Position numbers and translations under genes: made by a program. Shown here piece after piece: positions 1 to 10,757 of a DNA stretch of 47,708 bases. This DNA comes from Candidatus Binatia bacterium. GTDB taxonomy: Bacteria; Desulfobacterota; Binatia; HRBIN30. How positions within the stretch are numbered: position 1 is the stretch's first letter; the number at the start of each line of letters is the position of its first letter. The DNA lies in contig JBBRSP010000040.1 in NCBI GenBank assembly GCA_038245295.1, positions 1 to 47,708 on the forward strand, read 5' to 3'. Under the pieces are notes generated by a model. That model was not told the DNA's origin. It made no database searches and saw only the letters and a program-made list of their open reading frames with translations.

Positions 1-138
1 AACATCTGGAACAAAGTATTCTGATGGAATTGTGTAATCCGTATGGTAATGGCCGCGATAGATGCAATGACTCTTGTCCCTTACATCTGGCGTTAACGGA
101 ACCGGACACTTCAGTTCTAAATCGATCGGCTGCTCGGG

Positions 139-405
139 CAGAATGCCGATCGCCATGGGCAGATCGTACGCCGAGCCATCCTTCTTCAAATCGGCGGGGG
201 CGAGGTTGATGGTGACGCGGCGCCCGGGAAACTGAAAGCCCGAGTTGCGCAGGGCGGAGCGCACACGGTCCTTACTCTCGCGTACGGCGCCGTCGGGCAG
301 GCCGACGACAGCCATCTGCGGTAAGCCGCCGGAGATGTCGACTTCGACGTCGACCAGCAGAGCGTCGACCCCGTGCAGGGCGCTCGAAAGTACGGTTGCC
401 AGCAT
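139..405 (-). pseudogene. comM: 5' part of YifB/ComM Mg-chelatase-like AAA+ ATPase; homology lost after ~89 codons
   Basis: Manual translation from ATG at 405: [89 protein letters not shown], the typical ComM N-terminus ([30 protein letters not shown]). It then reads [12 protein letters not shown]... in AT-richer DNA. Not in the ORF track because the frame runs off the window edge. Confidence 0.8.
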
Positions 406-470
406 TTTGTTCCGACCAATCTTGTTCGATCTTCGGCTATACTATACAAAACATATTGTAGAGTCGATCT

Positions 471-1592
471 ATGCACGATGAAAACTACGAGGCGTGGCGG
501 AATTGGTTGGGCTTGCGGCATGTGCGCGGCATCGGGCCGGTCATCTATCAGGGCCTGCTGCGCGCTTTCGGCGATCCGGCGCGGGTTTTTGCCACAGGTG
601 TCAGCGGTCTTGAGTGTGCCGGTGTGCGTGAGGACCTGGCGCGTGCCATCCGTGGCTTCGACGAGTGGGACTTTATTGATGCGCAGCTGCGCCGCATGCG
701 GAGCTGTGAGGCGCGCCTGATCACCTGGAACGACGACGAGTACCCGACGTTGTTGCGGCAGATTCATGACCCGCCGCCGTTTCTCATGGCGATCGGCAAC
801 GTCGTGCCGGCCGATGCGCAGGCCGTGGCCATTGTTGGGTCGCGCGGCCCCACAGGCTACGCGATTCGTATGGCGCGGGAGCTTGCCGAGGCGTTGGCGG
901 CGTTGGGAATCACGGTCGTCAGCGGCCTGGCACGTGGCACCGATGCAGCCGCGCATTGGGGAGCGATCCGCGGCAATGGTCGGACCCTGTCGGTCCTCGG
1001 AAGTGGGGTCGACGTGATCTACCCACCCGAACACCGGGCGCTTGCCCGAGCCGTGCAGGCGAGTGGCGCCTTGTTGAGCGAATTACCGATGGGTGCGCCG
1101 CCGGATGCCGAGAACTTTCCGGCTCGCAATCGCATCGTCAGCGGCCTCAGCCTTGGAACCGTCGTCGTCGAGGCAGCGGAGAAAAGTGGCTCGCTGATCA
1201 CGGCGATCATGGCGGTCGAGCAGGGGCGTGAGGTGTTTGCGGTGCCCGGGGCGGTGAGTGAACGCTCGCGCGGCGGCCATCGCCTGTTACGCAACGGTGC
1301 GAAGCTCACGGAGAGCGTCGAAGACATCCTCGAAGAAATTTTTCCGCAACTCGTGCGGAAGCGGCCCGTCGCGGTGTCGCCACAGCTGACCCTCAACGAG
1401 GCCGCGGTGATGGCGGAAATATCCAATGAAACTGTGCACATCGATACGATTTTGGGGCGCTGTCGACTGGCCACTCCGGAGGTTCTGGAGGCGCTTCTGG
1501 GACTCGAATTGAAGGGTGTCGTGGAGCAGCTTCCAGGCAAGCACTTCACGGTATCTAAGGTTGACGCCGTGGCTTCCCTGGCTAAGAACTAG
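471..1592 (+). CDS. dprA: DNA-processing protein DprA/Smf
   Basis: YPTLLRQIHDPPPFL, AIVGSR, VSGLARGTD, NFPARNRIVSGLS, VVEAAEKSGSLITA, C-terminal winged helix; sits upstream of topA. Confidence 0.96.
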   Translation: MHDENYEAWRNWLGLRHVRGIGPVIYQGLLRAFGDPARVFATGVSGLECAGVREDLARAIRGFDEWDFIDAQLRRMRSCEARLITWNDDEYPTLLRQIHDPPPFLMAIGNVVPADAQAVAIVGSRGPTGYAIRMARELAEALAALGITVVSGLARGTDAAAHWGAIRGNGRTLSVLGSGVDVIYPPEHRALARAVQASGALLSELPMGAPPDAENFPARNRIVSGLSLGTVVVEAAEKSGSLITAIMAVEQGREVFAVPGAVSERSRGGHRLLRNGAKLTESVEDILEEIFPQLVRKRPVAVSPQLTLNEAAVMAEISNETVHIDTILGRCRLATPEVLEALLGLELKGVVEQLPGKHFTVSKVDAVASLAKN

Positions 1593-1597
1593 GCCCG

Positions 1598-3901
1598 ATG
1601 GCGAAAAATCTGGTCATCGTCGAGTCGCCGGCGAAGGCGAAAACCCTGCAGAAGTACCTTGGGCGCGACTACCAAGTGAAGGCGTCGGTGGGCCATGTGA
1701 TGGACCTGCCGAAGAGCAAGCTCGGGGTCGATATCGAGAACGACTTCCGTCCGGACTACCAGGTCCTGCACGGTAAGAAGAAGATCGTCAGCGAGCTCAA
1801 AGCCGCCGCCAAGGGCAAAGAAAACATTTTTCTGGCCCCCGATCCGGATCGCGAAGGCGAGGCGATTGCCTGGCATATCGCCGAGAGTCTGGGGAAGGAG
1901 CACCGCGGTCGCATGCACCGCGTGCTGTTCAACGAAATCACCAAGAAAGCCGTCAAAGAGGCGATCCAGAACCCCAAGGAGCTCGATCAGAACCTCTACG
2001 AAGCGCAGCAGACGCGCCGCATCCTGGATCGCCTGGTCGGCTACCAGATCAGCCCCATTCTATGGAAGAAGGTGCGCCGCGGATTGTCGGCCGGCCGCGT
2101 GCAGTCAGTCGCGGTTCGTATCATCGCCGAGCGCGAACGCGAAATTCAGGCCTTCAAGCCGGTCGAGTATTGGTCGGTTACAGCGCGTGTTGAAGGGGAG
2201 AACCCGCCGCCGTTCCTGTCGCGTTTGCTGCGCATCGGCGAGGACAAGCTCGATCCCGACAAGTTCCGCGTCGAAAATCAGGAGCAGGCGGATTCGGTCG
2301 TGGCGCGGCTGCAGAATGCGACGTGGACGGTCACCAAGGTCGACCGCAAGGAGCGCCGCCGCTTCCCGACGCCGCCGTTCATCACCTCGCGTTTGCAGCA
2401 AGAGGCGTCGCGCAAACTTGGCTACGCGCCAAATCGAACCATGCGCATCGCCCAGAAGCTCTACGAGGGCATCGAGCTTGGCGACCAGGGCGCGGTTGGT
2501 TTGATCACCTACATGCGTACCGATTCGACGCGTATTTCGCCGGACGCGATCGAGCAGGTGCGTGGATACGTGAATGAACGCTTTGGCGCGAACTATGTGC
2601 CGGAGACGCCGAACGCCTACCAGAGCAAGAAAAGCGCGCAGGACGCCCACGAAGCGATTCGTCCGACCTCGGTCGAGAACCCGCCGGAAGGCGTGGCGCC
2701 GTTCTTGTCGAAGGAGGAGCTGGCCCTCTACACCCTGATCTGGAATCGCTTCGTGGCGAGCCAGATGGTGCCGGCCGTGTTCGATCAGACCAGTATCGAC
2801 ATCAGCGCCGCCGATACACTCTTCCGCGCCAGTGGGCAGATCATGAAGTTCGACGGCTTCATGCGGGTGTACCTCGAAGGACGTGATGAGGAACGTGTGG
2901 CGGGCGACGAAGATGACGACTCCGAGCGCCAGCTGCCGCCGTTGCGCGAGGGTGAAACCTTGCGACTGGATGAGCTGACACCTGAGCAGCATTTCACCCA
3001 GCCGCCGCCGCGCTTCAGTCAAGCGACGTTGATCAAGGAGCTCGAAGAGAAGGGCATTGGCCGGCCGTCGACGTACGCGACGATCATGACGACGATCCTC
3101 AACAAGGAGTACGTCACCGAGGATAAGTCGCGCCGGCTGCGCCCGTCGCAGCTTGGATTCCTGGTCACCGACCTGCTGGTCGATGCCTTCCCCGACATCC
3201 TGAACGTCGAGTTCACGGCGGGCATGGAAGACAAGCTCGACCGCATCGAAGAAGGCTCCGAGGGCTGGGTGGCGACGCTGCGGCGCTTCTACGAGCCGTT
3301 TGCCAAGGACCTCGAACACGCCGACGAGCGCATGCGCGACGTCAAGCGTGAAGCGGAGCCGACGGACATCCCGTGCGCGACCTGTGGTTCGAACATGGTC
3401 GTGAAGTGGGGCCGCAGCGGCGAGTTCCTGGCCTGTCCGAAGTATCCCGAGTGCAAGACCACCAAGAACTTCACGCGCGAGGACGACGGGACGATCAAGG
3501 TCGAGGAACTGCAGATCATCGACGAGAAGTGTGAGGTCTGCGGCAAGCCGATGCTGTTGCGCTTTGGTCGTTTCGGGAAGTTCCTAGGCTGTTCTGGGTA
3601 TCCCGAGTGTAAGACCGTGCGCTCGCTGATCCGTCCCGTGGCTACCGGCGTGCATTGCCCGGACTGCAAAGAGGGCGAGATTCTCGAGAAACGTTCGCGC
3701 GGCGGCCGCACCTTCTACAGCTGCGGGCGTTATCCGCAGTGCAAGTTTGCCACCTGGGACAAACCGGTGGCGGAGCCGTGCCCGATCTGCAACGCGCCGT
3801 TCATCGTGGAGAAGACCACCAAGCGCGCCGGTACCGTGCGTCGTTGCCTGGCGGAAGGTTGCAAATACCAGGAGACGACGGCAGAGCCTGAGTCTCTGTA
3901 G
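1598..3901 (+). CDS. topA: DNA topoisomerase I (type IA) with C-terminal Zn ribbons
   Basis: [44 protein letters not shown] active site, [10 protein letters not shown]4 Zn-ribbon repeats. Confidence 0.98.
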   Translation: MAKNLVIVESPAKAKTLQKYLGRDYQVKASVGHVMDLPKSKLGVDIENDFRPDYQVLHGKKKIVSELKAAAKGKENIFLAPDPDREGEAIAWHIAESLGKEHRGRMHRVLFNEITKKAVKEAIQNPKELDQNLYEAQQTRRILDRLVGYQISPILWKKVRRGLSAGRVQSVAVRIIAEREREIQAFKPVEYWSVTARVEGENPPPFLSRLLRIGEDKLDPDKFRVENQEQADSVVARLQNATWTVTKVDRKERRRFPTPPFITSRLQQEASRKLGYAPNRTMRIAQKLYEGIELGDQGAVGLITYMRTDSTRISPDAIEQVRGYVNERFGANYVPETPNAYQSKKSAQDAHEAIRPTSVENPPEGVAPFLSKEELALYTLIWNRFVASQMVPAVFDQTSIDISAADTLFRASGQIMKFDGFMRVYLEGRDEERVAGDEDDDSERQLPPLREGETLRLDELTPEQHFTQPPPRFSQATLIKELEEKGIGRPSTYATIMTTILNKEYVTEDKSRRLRPSQLGFLVTDLLVDAFPDILNVEFTAGMEDKLDRIEEGSEGWVATLRRFYEPFAKDLEHADERMRDVKREAEPTDIPCATCGSNMVVKWGRSGEFLACPKYPECKTTKNFTREDDGTIKVEELQIIDEKCEVCGKPMLLRFGRFGKFLGCSGYPECKTVRSLIRPVATGVHCPDCKEGEILEKRSRGGRTFYSCGRYPQCKFATWDKPVAEPCPICNAPFIVEKTTKRAGTVRRCLAEGCKYQETTAEPESL

Positions 3902-3918
3902 CGGCCGGCGGTGCGCGT

Positions 3919-5277
3919 GTGAGCAATCCCGTAACGATCATTGGTGGCGGCCTCGCGGGCTCGGAGGCGGCGTGGCAGTTGGCGCGCCGCGGGGTCTCGG
4001 TGCGTTTATTCGAGATGCGCCCGGTGCGGAAGACGGCGGCGCACGCCAGTGATCGGCTTGGCGAGTTGGTGTGCTCCAACTCCTTTCGCAGCGCGTCGCT
4101 CGAAGCGGCGGTGGGGCTGTTGAAAGAGGAGATGCGGCGCATGGGCTCCATCGTCATGCGCGCCGCGGATCGTACGCGGGTTCCGGCGGGCTCGGCGCTG
4201 GCGGTTGATCGCGAAGCGTTTGCCGAGGAGCTGACGGTTTCGGTCCAAGCCTGTCCCAACATCGAAGTGGTGCGCCAAGAGGTTGCCGAGATCGGCGACG
4301 AGATCTGCCTGATTGCCAGTGGCCCGCTGACCTCGCCGTCGCTGTCGAGCGCGCTGCAAACTCTCCTCGGCGAGGACTATCTCTATTTCTACGATGCGAT
4401 TGCGCCGATCATCAGTGCCGATTCGATCGATCGCAGCATCGCCTTTGCGGCATCGCGCTGGGGCAAGGGCGGCGACGACTACGTGAATTGTCCGATGACG
4501 CGGGAGGAGTACTACGCGTTTGTCGACGCGGTTGTGGTGGCGGAAAAAGTTCCGACGCGCGACTTCGAGCGCTGCGTGCACTTCGAAGGGTGTATGCCGA
4601 TCGAGGAGATGGCGCGGCGGGGCCGCGATACGTTGGCGTTCGGGCCGATGCGACCGGTGGGTCTGACCGACCCGCGTACGGGGAGCCGACCTTTCGCTGT
4701 AGTTCAGTTACGGCAGGACAACGCGATCGCTTCGCTCTTCAACATCGTCGGCTTCCAGACGAAGATGACCTATCCCGAGCAGCGGCGCGTCTTGCGGATG
4801 ATTCCCGGGCTTGAGCACGCGGAGTTCGTTCGTCTGGGGAGTTTGCATCGCAATACCTTCATCAATGCGCCACGGGTGCTCGGCCCGACCCTACAGTTGC
4901 GCAGTCGACCACAGACCTTCCTGGCCGGGCAGCTTGTCGGTGTTGAGGGATATGTGGAATCGGCGGCGACTGGTTTACTTGCCGGCGTGAATATCGAGCG
5001 TTTCGTGCGCGGCGCGGAGCCTGTGTATCCGCCGCAAGCCTCGGCGCTGGGATCGTTGCTGCACTACATTTCCGATACGCAGCGGACCGAGTTCCAGCCG
5101 ATGAATGCCAACTATGGTCTGTTCCCCCCGCTCGAGGGGCGGGCTCGCGGGCGTGACAAGAAACGACTGCAAGCGGAGCGCGCCGCGGCCGAGTTCGGCG
5201 GCTGGCTTGCGGAAGTCGGTATTGAAGACGAGGCGCCTGTTTCGTCTGGCGCCGACGCGGTCTGTGTCGCCGGCTAA
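3919..5277 (+). CDS. trmFO: FAD/folate-dependent tRNA m5U54 methyltransferase TrmFO (Gid)
   Basis: [59 protein letters not shown]. Confidence 0.96.
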   Translation: MSNPVTIIGGGLAGSEAAWQLARRGVSVRLFEMRPVRKTAAHASDRLGELVCSNSFRSASLEAAVGLLKEEMRRMGSIVMRAADRTRVPAGSALAVDREAFAEELTVSVQACPNIEVVRQEVAEIGDEICLIASGPLTSPSLSSALQTLLGEDYLYFYDAIAPIISADSIDRSIAFAASRWGKGGDDYVNCPMTREEYYAFVDAVVVAEKVPTRDFERCVHFEGCMPIEEMARRGRDTLAFGPMRPVGLTDPRTGSRPFAVVQLRQDNAIASLFNIVGFQTKMTYPEQRRVLRMIPGLEHAEFVRLGSLHRNTFINAPRVLGPTLQLRSRPQTFLAGQLVGVEGYVESAATGLLAGVNIERFVRGAEPVYPPQASALGSLLHYISDTQRTEFQPMNANYGLFPPLEGRARGRDKKRLQAERAAAEFGGWLAEVGIEDEAPVSSGADAVCVAG

Positions 5278-5291
5278 CCCTTAACGTAGGA

Positions 5292-8200
5292 GTGCCGCGT
5301 ATGCCGCGTCGGAAGGCGACTGTCTCCACCCAATGGGAATCCGACATCAGACTGTTCGGGCTCGAGCCTCATCTCGTTCACGCGGCTGGGCCCGCAGGCC
5401 AGCCACATTTTCCCGAATGGCTTGCCGACACCGGCGATCCGGCCATGGGGCTGGCGAATTGGCAACGCCTGGTGAGGGCGGCGGCGCCCCCCCGACTTAC
5501 CGAAGCGCAGTGGAAAGCCCTGCTGCGCTTGCTCGGCGGAAGCCAAAGCCTCAGCAATCTCCTGCACAACGTTGGCCCCTCGTGGGGCAAGATGTTCAAG
5601 CAAGCCTTTGCCGCCGAGCGTCGCTCTGCCGAAGATATCGCTTCTGAATTATCGAGCGACGCGGTGCCGGTCGACACCTTCGCGGCGAGCCTGCATCAGT
5701 TGCGCGATCGTGAGTATTTGCGCATCGGCATCGCCGATTTAAGCGGGGCGTTTTCCGTTGTCGATACGATGCGCGAGATTACGACTCTTGCTGAGGCCGC
5801 GTTTCGTGCTGCGTATGCTTGGGTGCGGAACTTCGTGATTGCCGAGTATGGGCAACTGTGGTTGCCACAAGCGGAAGCCGACGGGGGGAAACGTCGAAAG
5901 CGACGGGTGCCGCAGCCCTTCGTCGTCCTGGGGATGGGGAAACTCGGCGGGGGGGAGCTCAATTTCAGCTCGGATGTCGACGTCATCTATCTCTACGGCG
6001 CGGACGGCGACGACAGCGATGGCGGATCGCGGGGGAAAGTGGGGCCGCGCGAGTACTGCGCGCGGATCGCCGAGTTGCTGACACGAACCATTCAGAACGT
6101 CAGTGCCGGCGGCTTTTCGTTTCGTGTTGACCTGCGCCTGCGTCCGGATGGCATGAACGGACCGATCGTCAACCCCGCCGACAACGCGCTGCGCTACTAC
6201 GAATCCTACGGGCAGACGTGGGAGCGCACTGCTCTCATTCAGGCGCGGCCGTTGGCTGGCTCGGCCGAATTGGGCGAGACGTTCCTGCGCGATTTGCGTC
6301 CGTTCATCTTCCGGCGTTTCCTAGACTTCGCCACGGTCGCCGACATGAAAGGCATGAAGGCCAAGATCGAGACGGAGATGGGCGATCGCGTTGCGGGGAA
6401 CGTCAAACTTGGCCGTGGCGGCATCCGTGAGGTCGAGTTCATCGTGCAAGTGTTGCAGTTGGTCTATGGCGGACGCGATGAGAGGGTGCGCACGCGCGGT
6501 ACCCTGACGACGCTCGATCGACTCATTGAGCGCAAGTATCTGCCGGGGGACGAGGGGGAACGGTTACGCGAAGCGTATCTGCATTTGCGCGACGTCGAAC
6601 ACAAGATCCAGATTCTGCACCACCGGCAGACGCATACGCTGCCGACCGCTGGGGACGAGTTGCTGACGTTGGCGCGACGGCTGGGGTATCGCGGTGATGA
6701 CGCCGCGGCCCAGATGGCGGTGATGCTCGATGCGAGCACCTCGACCGTGCGGCAGGCTTTCGAGCAGCTCTTCTACGAGCCTTCGGCGAAGACGCGCCGC
6801 ACCGGCGAAGCGGAGCCTCGCCGACTGATCGAGTCGCTGGATGATCGCGCCTTGACCCTGGAGCGCTTGCGGCAAATGGGCATGCAGCGCCCCGAGGAAA
6901 GCTACGACAATCTGCTCTTGCTACGCGATGGCGGGCCGAGCGCGTCGGTACGCATGCGGCGCCGTGCGGCACTGGACGAGATTGCGCCGGCATTGCTGGC
7001 GGCGTTGCAGACGACGGCAGACCCCGACTTGGCGTTGCAGAATCTCGTGACGTTCATGCTTGCGGTTGGCGCACGCACGAGTTTCTTTGCGTTGTTGCGC
7101 GAGAACCCGGCGACGCTTGAAATGCTGGTCACCCTATTTGGCGGCAGCCAGTTCCTGGCGAACCAGTTCATCGGCCACCCGGAGCTGCTGGACTCGCTGG
7201 TGCGAGCCGACCTGGTGCGTGTCAATCGGAGTCGAGGTGAATTGCAGGCCGAGCTGCAGCCGCAATTGGAGACTGCCGACGACTTTGAGGAAGCGCTCGA
7301 GGTGCTGCGCCGGTTTCGTAATCAGGAGTTTCTGCGCATTGGGATCAATGATCTGCAGGGCGTGCTCAAAGCCGACGATGTTGCTTCCGAGCTCGCCAAT
7401 CTGGCAGAGGCATGTCTGGAGGGGGCGGAAGATGTGGCTCGGCGCGAGGTGTCTCGTCGTTACGGATACACCAGGTTGCCGGGTCGGATCGCGGTGCTGG
7501 CCATGGGCAAACTCGGGGGCCGCGAGCTCAACTACAACTCGGATTTAGATCTGATCTTCGTTTACGAAGAAGAACGCGTCACGGATGCCGAGGTCGGGCA
7601 CGAGCGCTTCAGCAAGTTCGTGCAGTGTATGCTGACGGCGTTGCAGGTGCCGACCAAAGAGGGGCTGGTGTATCGGATCGATACGCGCCTGCGGCCATCG
7701 GGGCGCACCGGGCCGTTGGTATCGTCGCTCGCCGGCTTCCGCGAATACCATCAGCAAAGTGCGCAGCTCTGGGAGCGGCAGGCATTAATCAAGGCGCGCG
7801 TTGTTTGTGGTCACTCGGGGCTGGCTCTTCGACTGGAGAAAGCGGTCGAGGACTTTGTTTATCGCGCCCCCCTGTTGCCGGCGGAGGCAGCGGAGATTCG
7901 CCGTATGCGTCATCGGATGGAGGTCGAGTTAGCCCACGAGGACACCGAGCGGGTCAACATCAAGACCGGTCGCGGTGGCCTGGTGGATATCGAGTTCCTA
8001 GTCCAGATGTTGCAGCTGCACTACGGTGCGACGCAACCGTCGGTCAGAGGCCACTCGACCTTGGCCGGGCTGACGGCGCTGGAGAAGCTGCGAGTTCTTT
8101 CGCCTGACGAAGCACACCAGCTTAGGGAAGAGTATCGGTTCTTGCGCAGCGTGGAGAGCGCCTTGCGCCTTGCCTGTGACCATCCGGTTGCCGAGCTGCA

Positions 8201-8369
8201 CCGGACGGATGGTGGGTTGGCGACGGTTGCACGCCGTGTCGCAACGACCCGCGGCAGCGCCTCTGTGGTCGACTTGTGGGCCGAATATCACCAGCGCCGC
8301 GAGTTGATCCGGCGAGCCTACGACCACTGGTTCGATCTGGCGGAACGGGGCGAGCTTCCGGCTCCTTGA
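5292..8369 (+). CDS. glnE: Bifunctional glutamine synthetase adenylyltransferase/adenylyl-removing enzyme
   Basis: Two nucleotidyltransferase domains: GMGKLGGGELNFSSDVD / RVDLRLRPDG / KLGRGGIREVEF and AMGKLGGRELNYNSDLD / IDTRLRPSG / KTGRGGLVDIEF. Confidence 0.95.
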   Translation: MPRMPRRKATVSTQWESDIRLFGLEPHLVHAAGPAGQPHFPEWLADTGDPAMGLANWQRLVRAAAPPRLTEAQWKALLRLLGGSQSLSNLLHNVGPSWGKMFKQAFAAERRSAEDIASELSSDAVPVDTFAASLHQLRDREYLRIGIADLSGAFSVVDTMREITTLAEAAFRAAYAWVRNFVIAEYGQLWLPQAEADGGKRRKRRVPQPFVVLGMGKLGGGELNFSSDVDVIYLYGADGDDSDGGSRGKVGPREYCARIAELLTRTIQNVSAGGFSFRVDLRLRPDGMNGPIVNPADNALRYYESYGQTWERTALIQARPLAGSAELGETFLRDLRPFIFRRFLDFATVADMKGMKAKIETEMGDRVAGNVKLGRGGIREVEFIVQVLQLVYGGRDERVRTRGTLTTLDRLIERKYLPGDEGERLREAYLHLRDVEHKIQILHHRQTHTLPTAGDELLTLARRLGYRGDDAAAQMAVMLDASTSTVRQAFEQLFYEPSAKTRRTGEAEPRRLIESLDDRALTLERLRQMGMQRPEESYDNLLLLRDGGPSASVRMRRRAALDEIAPALLAALQTTADPDLALQNLVTFMLAVGARTSFFALLRENPATLEMLVTLFGGSQFLANQFIGHPELLDSLVRADLVRVNRSRGELQAELQPQLETADDFEEALEVLRRFRNQEFLRIGINDLQGVLKADDVASELANLAEACLEGAEDVARREVSRRYGYTRLPGRIAVLAMGKLGGRELNYNSDLDLIFVYEEERVTDAEVGHERFSKFVQCMLTALQVPTKEGLVYRIDTRLRPSGRTGPLVSSLAGFREYHQQSAQLWERQALIKARVVCGHSGLALRLEKAVEDFVYRAPLLPAEAAEIRRMRHRMEVELAHEDTERVNIKTGRGGLVDIEFLVQMLQLHYGATQPSVRGHSTLAGLTALEKLRVLSPDEAHQLREEYRFLRSVESALRLACDHPVAELHRTDGGLATVARRVATTRGSASVVDLWAEYHQRRELIRRAYDHWFDLAERGELPAP

Positions 8370-8412
8370 GTCGCGGCACCCAGGCGTGAGTAACGTGCGT
8401 TGACTGGCGAGA

Positions 8413-9369
8413 TTGGTTGAGATAGCGAAGCCGATCGCCGAAAGGTCGTACGTGGAGAAAACAGAATACATTTGGCTGGATGGGAAGATGGTGCCTTGGG
8501 ATGCGGCGCAGGTGCATGTCCTGACGCACACGCTGCACTACGGACTCGGCGCCTTCGAGGGTATTCGGTGTTACGAGGGCCACGACGGCGTGCCGGCAAT
8601 TCTGCGTCTGGCGGAGCACGTCGATCGCTTGCTCGGGTCATCGCGAATTTTGGGAATCGAAGTGCCGTTCACGGCCGAGCAACTCGAGCAGGCGTGCGTC
8701 GACGTCGTGCGAGTCAACAAGTTACGCTCGTGTTACATTCGACCGCTGGTCTTCCTGGGTGATGGTGAGATGGGGCTCGCTGCTGTTCACAACCCGGTGC
8801 GCGTTGCGATCGCGGTATGGAAGTGGGGCGCCTATCTTGGTGACGAGGGCCTCCTGAAGGGTGTGCGGATCAAGACGTCGTCGTTCCAGCGCATGCACGT
8901 CAACACACATCTCACGAAGGCCAAGGCCGTTGGTAACTATGTCAACTCCATCTTGGCCGCCGTCGAGGCACGCCGCGGCGGATACGACGAGGCGCTCATG
9001 CTGGATACGGACGGGTTTGTAGCGGAGTGCAGTGGCGAGAATCTCTTCATCAGCCGGCGCGGCGTGGTCAAAACGACGCCTCTTACGTCGATTCTGGAGG
9101 GCATCACCCGCGATGCCTCAATCCAGATCCTGCGAACGATGGGCGTCCCGGTTGAGGAGCAGCGTTTCACGCGCGACGAGGCCTACCTGGCGCATGAGGT
9201 ATTCATGACCGGAACCGCTGCGGAGATTACGCCGGTACGTGAGATCGACGATCGATTGATCGGTCCTGGCGCTCCGGGCGCGGTGACGATTGAGCTGCAG
9301 CGCCGGTTCCGAGCCATCGTCCGAGGCGAGGATGATCGCTACCGGCACTGGTTGACTTCGGTGTCCTGA
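8413..9369 (+). CDS. ilvE: Branched-chain amino acid aminotransferase
   Basis: VHVLTHTLHYGLGAFEGIR, YIRP, KAKAVGNYVNS, ECSGENLF, ILEGITR, EVFMTGTAAEITP. True start may be GTG at ~8452. Confidence 0.95.
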   Translation: MVEIAKPIAERSYVEKTEYIWLDGKMVPWDAAQVHVLTHTLHYGLGAFEGIRCYEGHDGVPAILRLAEHVDRLLGSSRILGIEVPFTAEQLEQACVDVVRVNKLRSCYIRPLVFLGDGEMGLAAVHNPVRVAIAVWKWGAYLGDEGLLKGVRIKTSSFQRMHVNTHLTKAKAVGNYVNSILAAVEARRGGYDEALMLDTDGFVAECSGENLFISRRGVVKTTPLTSILEGITRDASIQILRTMGVPVEEQRFTRDEAYLAHEVFMTGTAAEITPVREIDDRLIGPGAPGAVTIELQRRFRAIVRGEDDRYRHWLTSVS

Positions 9370-9403
9370 TCGCCGAAGTTACTGTCGAAGCGGGCAAATT
9401 TGA

Positions 9404-9432
9404 TTGACACTCTTGGAACATGAGTTTATAAG
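9404..9432 (+). promoter_or_regulatory. Sigma70-type promoter of secreted-protein pair 1
   Basis: TTGACA (9404-9409) - 17 nt - TATAAG (9427-9432). Confidence 0.75.
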
Positions 9433-9515
9433 CGGCGTGCCTGAATGCACTGGAAGCCAAACCGAGTCGCCCAAGGAAGCTCTGGATCGGGTTGTTGCGA
9501 TGGAGGACTGTGGAA

Positions 9516-10757
9516 GTGAACGGTAGAGCGAGCGGGAGAATCGGGCGATGGGGCGTCGCGATCTCAGCCATCGTTCTGTGCACCGTGTCCTTGGCGCGTG
9601 CCAACGTGACCAGTGAGCGCGGGAGTTCGATCCTCGTCTTCCCGAAAGTCATTTCAGACGCTGATGGCCTGCAGACTGGCTACCCGGCGGGGGCCAATCG
9701 GGGGTTTCCTGTCGACACCATCATTCAGATCTCCAATACCTCAAATTCGATGGTATTCGCTCACTGTTTTTACGTCACTTCAACGCCGCTGGATCCAACG
9801 CGTGCGCCGAGTATGTTCAATCCACCCCAGTGGCAGGAAGTGGACTTCGACCTCGTCCTGACAAAGCAGCAGCCGACCCACTGGGTTGTTGGTCCTGGCC
9901 GTCCGAACGTTCCGGCCGAGCCCCAATGCAGCCGCATCCCATTCGTTGACAACTGTAATGGAGCCGGGTTTGATCCAGGCCCAATTCCGCCGATCTCGGA
10001 TCCGTTCGTGGGCCAGCTGATTTGCGTCGAGGTGGACTCGTCCGGATTTCCGATCAACGGCAATCGATTGAAAGGCGAGGCGACGCTCGTCACGCCGCAC
10101 GCGGCGACGACCACCGAGGGAATTATGCCTCGGGGCGAAGTCTCCAAGTACAACGCGATTGGCTTTCAAGGGTTGAACACGGACACCAATTCGAACGACA
10201 GCGATCTGAAGCTGTGCATCGGGGGCGATGTCCGCGACGGCTGCCCGGGTGGCGCCGAGTACGAAGGATGTCCGAATTCCCTTCTACTAAGCCATTTCGC
10301 GGCGGGTAGCACCGACCCTATCATTGATACCTTGTCTGGCGGCTCCTCGAGTGTCGAAACGGAGGTCACCCTGGTGCCCTGCACGCAGGACTTTGAGAAT
10401 AGCATCCCCGGCCAGGTAGTCGTACAATTCAAGGTTACGAACGAGTTCGAAGAGCTTCTATCTGCGAGTACCACTGTGACCTGCTGGTCGAATTTCCGCC
10501 TTCAGGATGTCGGCCAAGTCTTTCAGTTGCGAACCCTGGGTTCGCGATTCGTCCAGACGCGCATGACGCCTGGTGGCCCCGATCAGCCGCGCATCATCGG
10601 TGTAGCGGAGGAGTTCCACATCGATGGTCGTCCGGCGGTGGATGTAGTAACTCGAGCCGCGTTCAATCTGCACGGCGAGGATTGGGCTCCCGATCCTTTG
10701 CGCCCAAGTGATCAGCCGCCCGTCGGTGATATGATCAGCATCCCGGAGGCGCCGTGA
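9516..10757 (+). CDS. Secreted Cys-rich protein of unknown function, paralog type A
   Basis: ORF 9492-10757; likely GTG start at 9516 after GGAGG; signal-peptide-like ...VLCTVSLARA|NVTSE; shares SILVFPKV, HCFY, DFD..LTKQQPTHWVV, GFDPG, KGEATL, VSKYNAIG, NEFE with 12090..13337. Confidence 0.85.
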   Translation: MNGRASGRIGRWGVAISAIVLCTVSLARANVTSERGSSILVFPKVISDADGLQTGYPAGANRGFPVDTIIQISNTSNSMVFAHCFYVTSTPLDPTRAPSMFNPPQWQEVDFDLVLTKQQPTHWVVGPGRPNVPAEPQCSRIPFVDNCNGAGFDPGPIPPISDPFVGQLICVEVDSSGFPINGNRLKGEATLVTPHAATTTEGIMPRGEVSKYNAIGFQGLNTDTNSNDSDLKLCIGGDVRDGCPGGAEYEGCPNSLLLSHFAAGSTDPIIDTLSGGSSSVETEVTLVPCTQDFENSIPGQVVVQFKVTNEFEELLSASTTVTCWSNFRLQDVGQVFQLRTLGSRFVQTRMTPGGPDQPRIIGVAEEFHIDGRPAVDVVTRAAFNLHGEDWAPDPLRPSDQPPVGDMISIPEAP

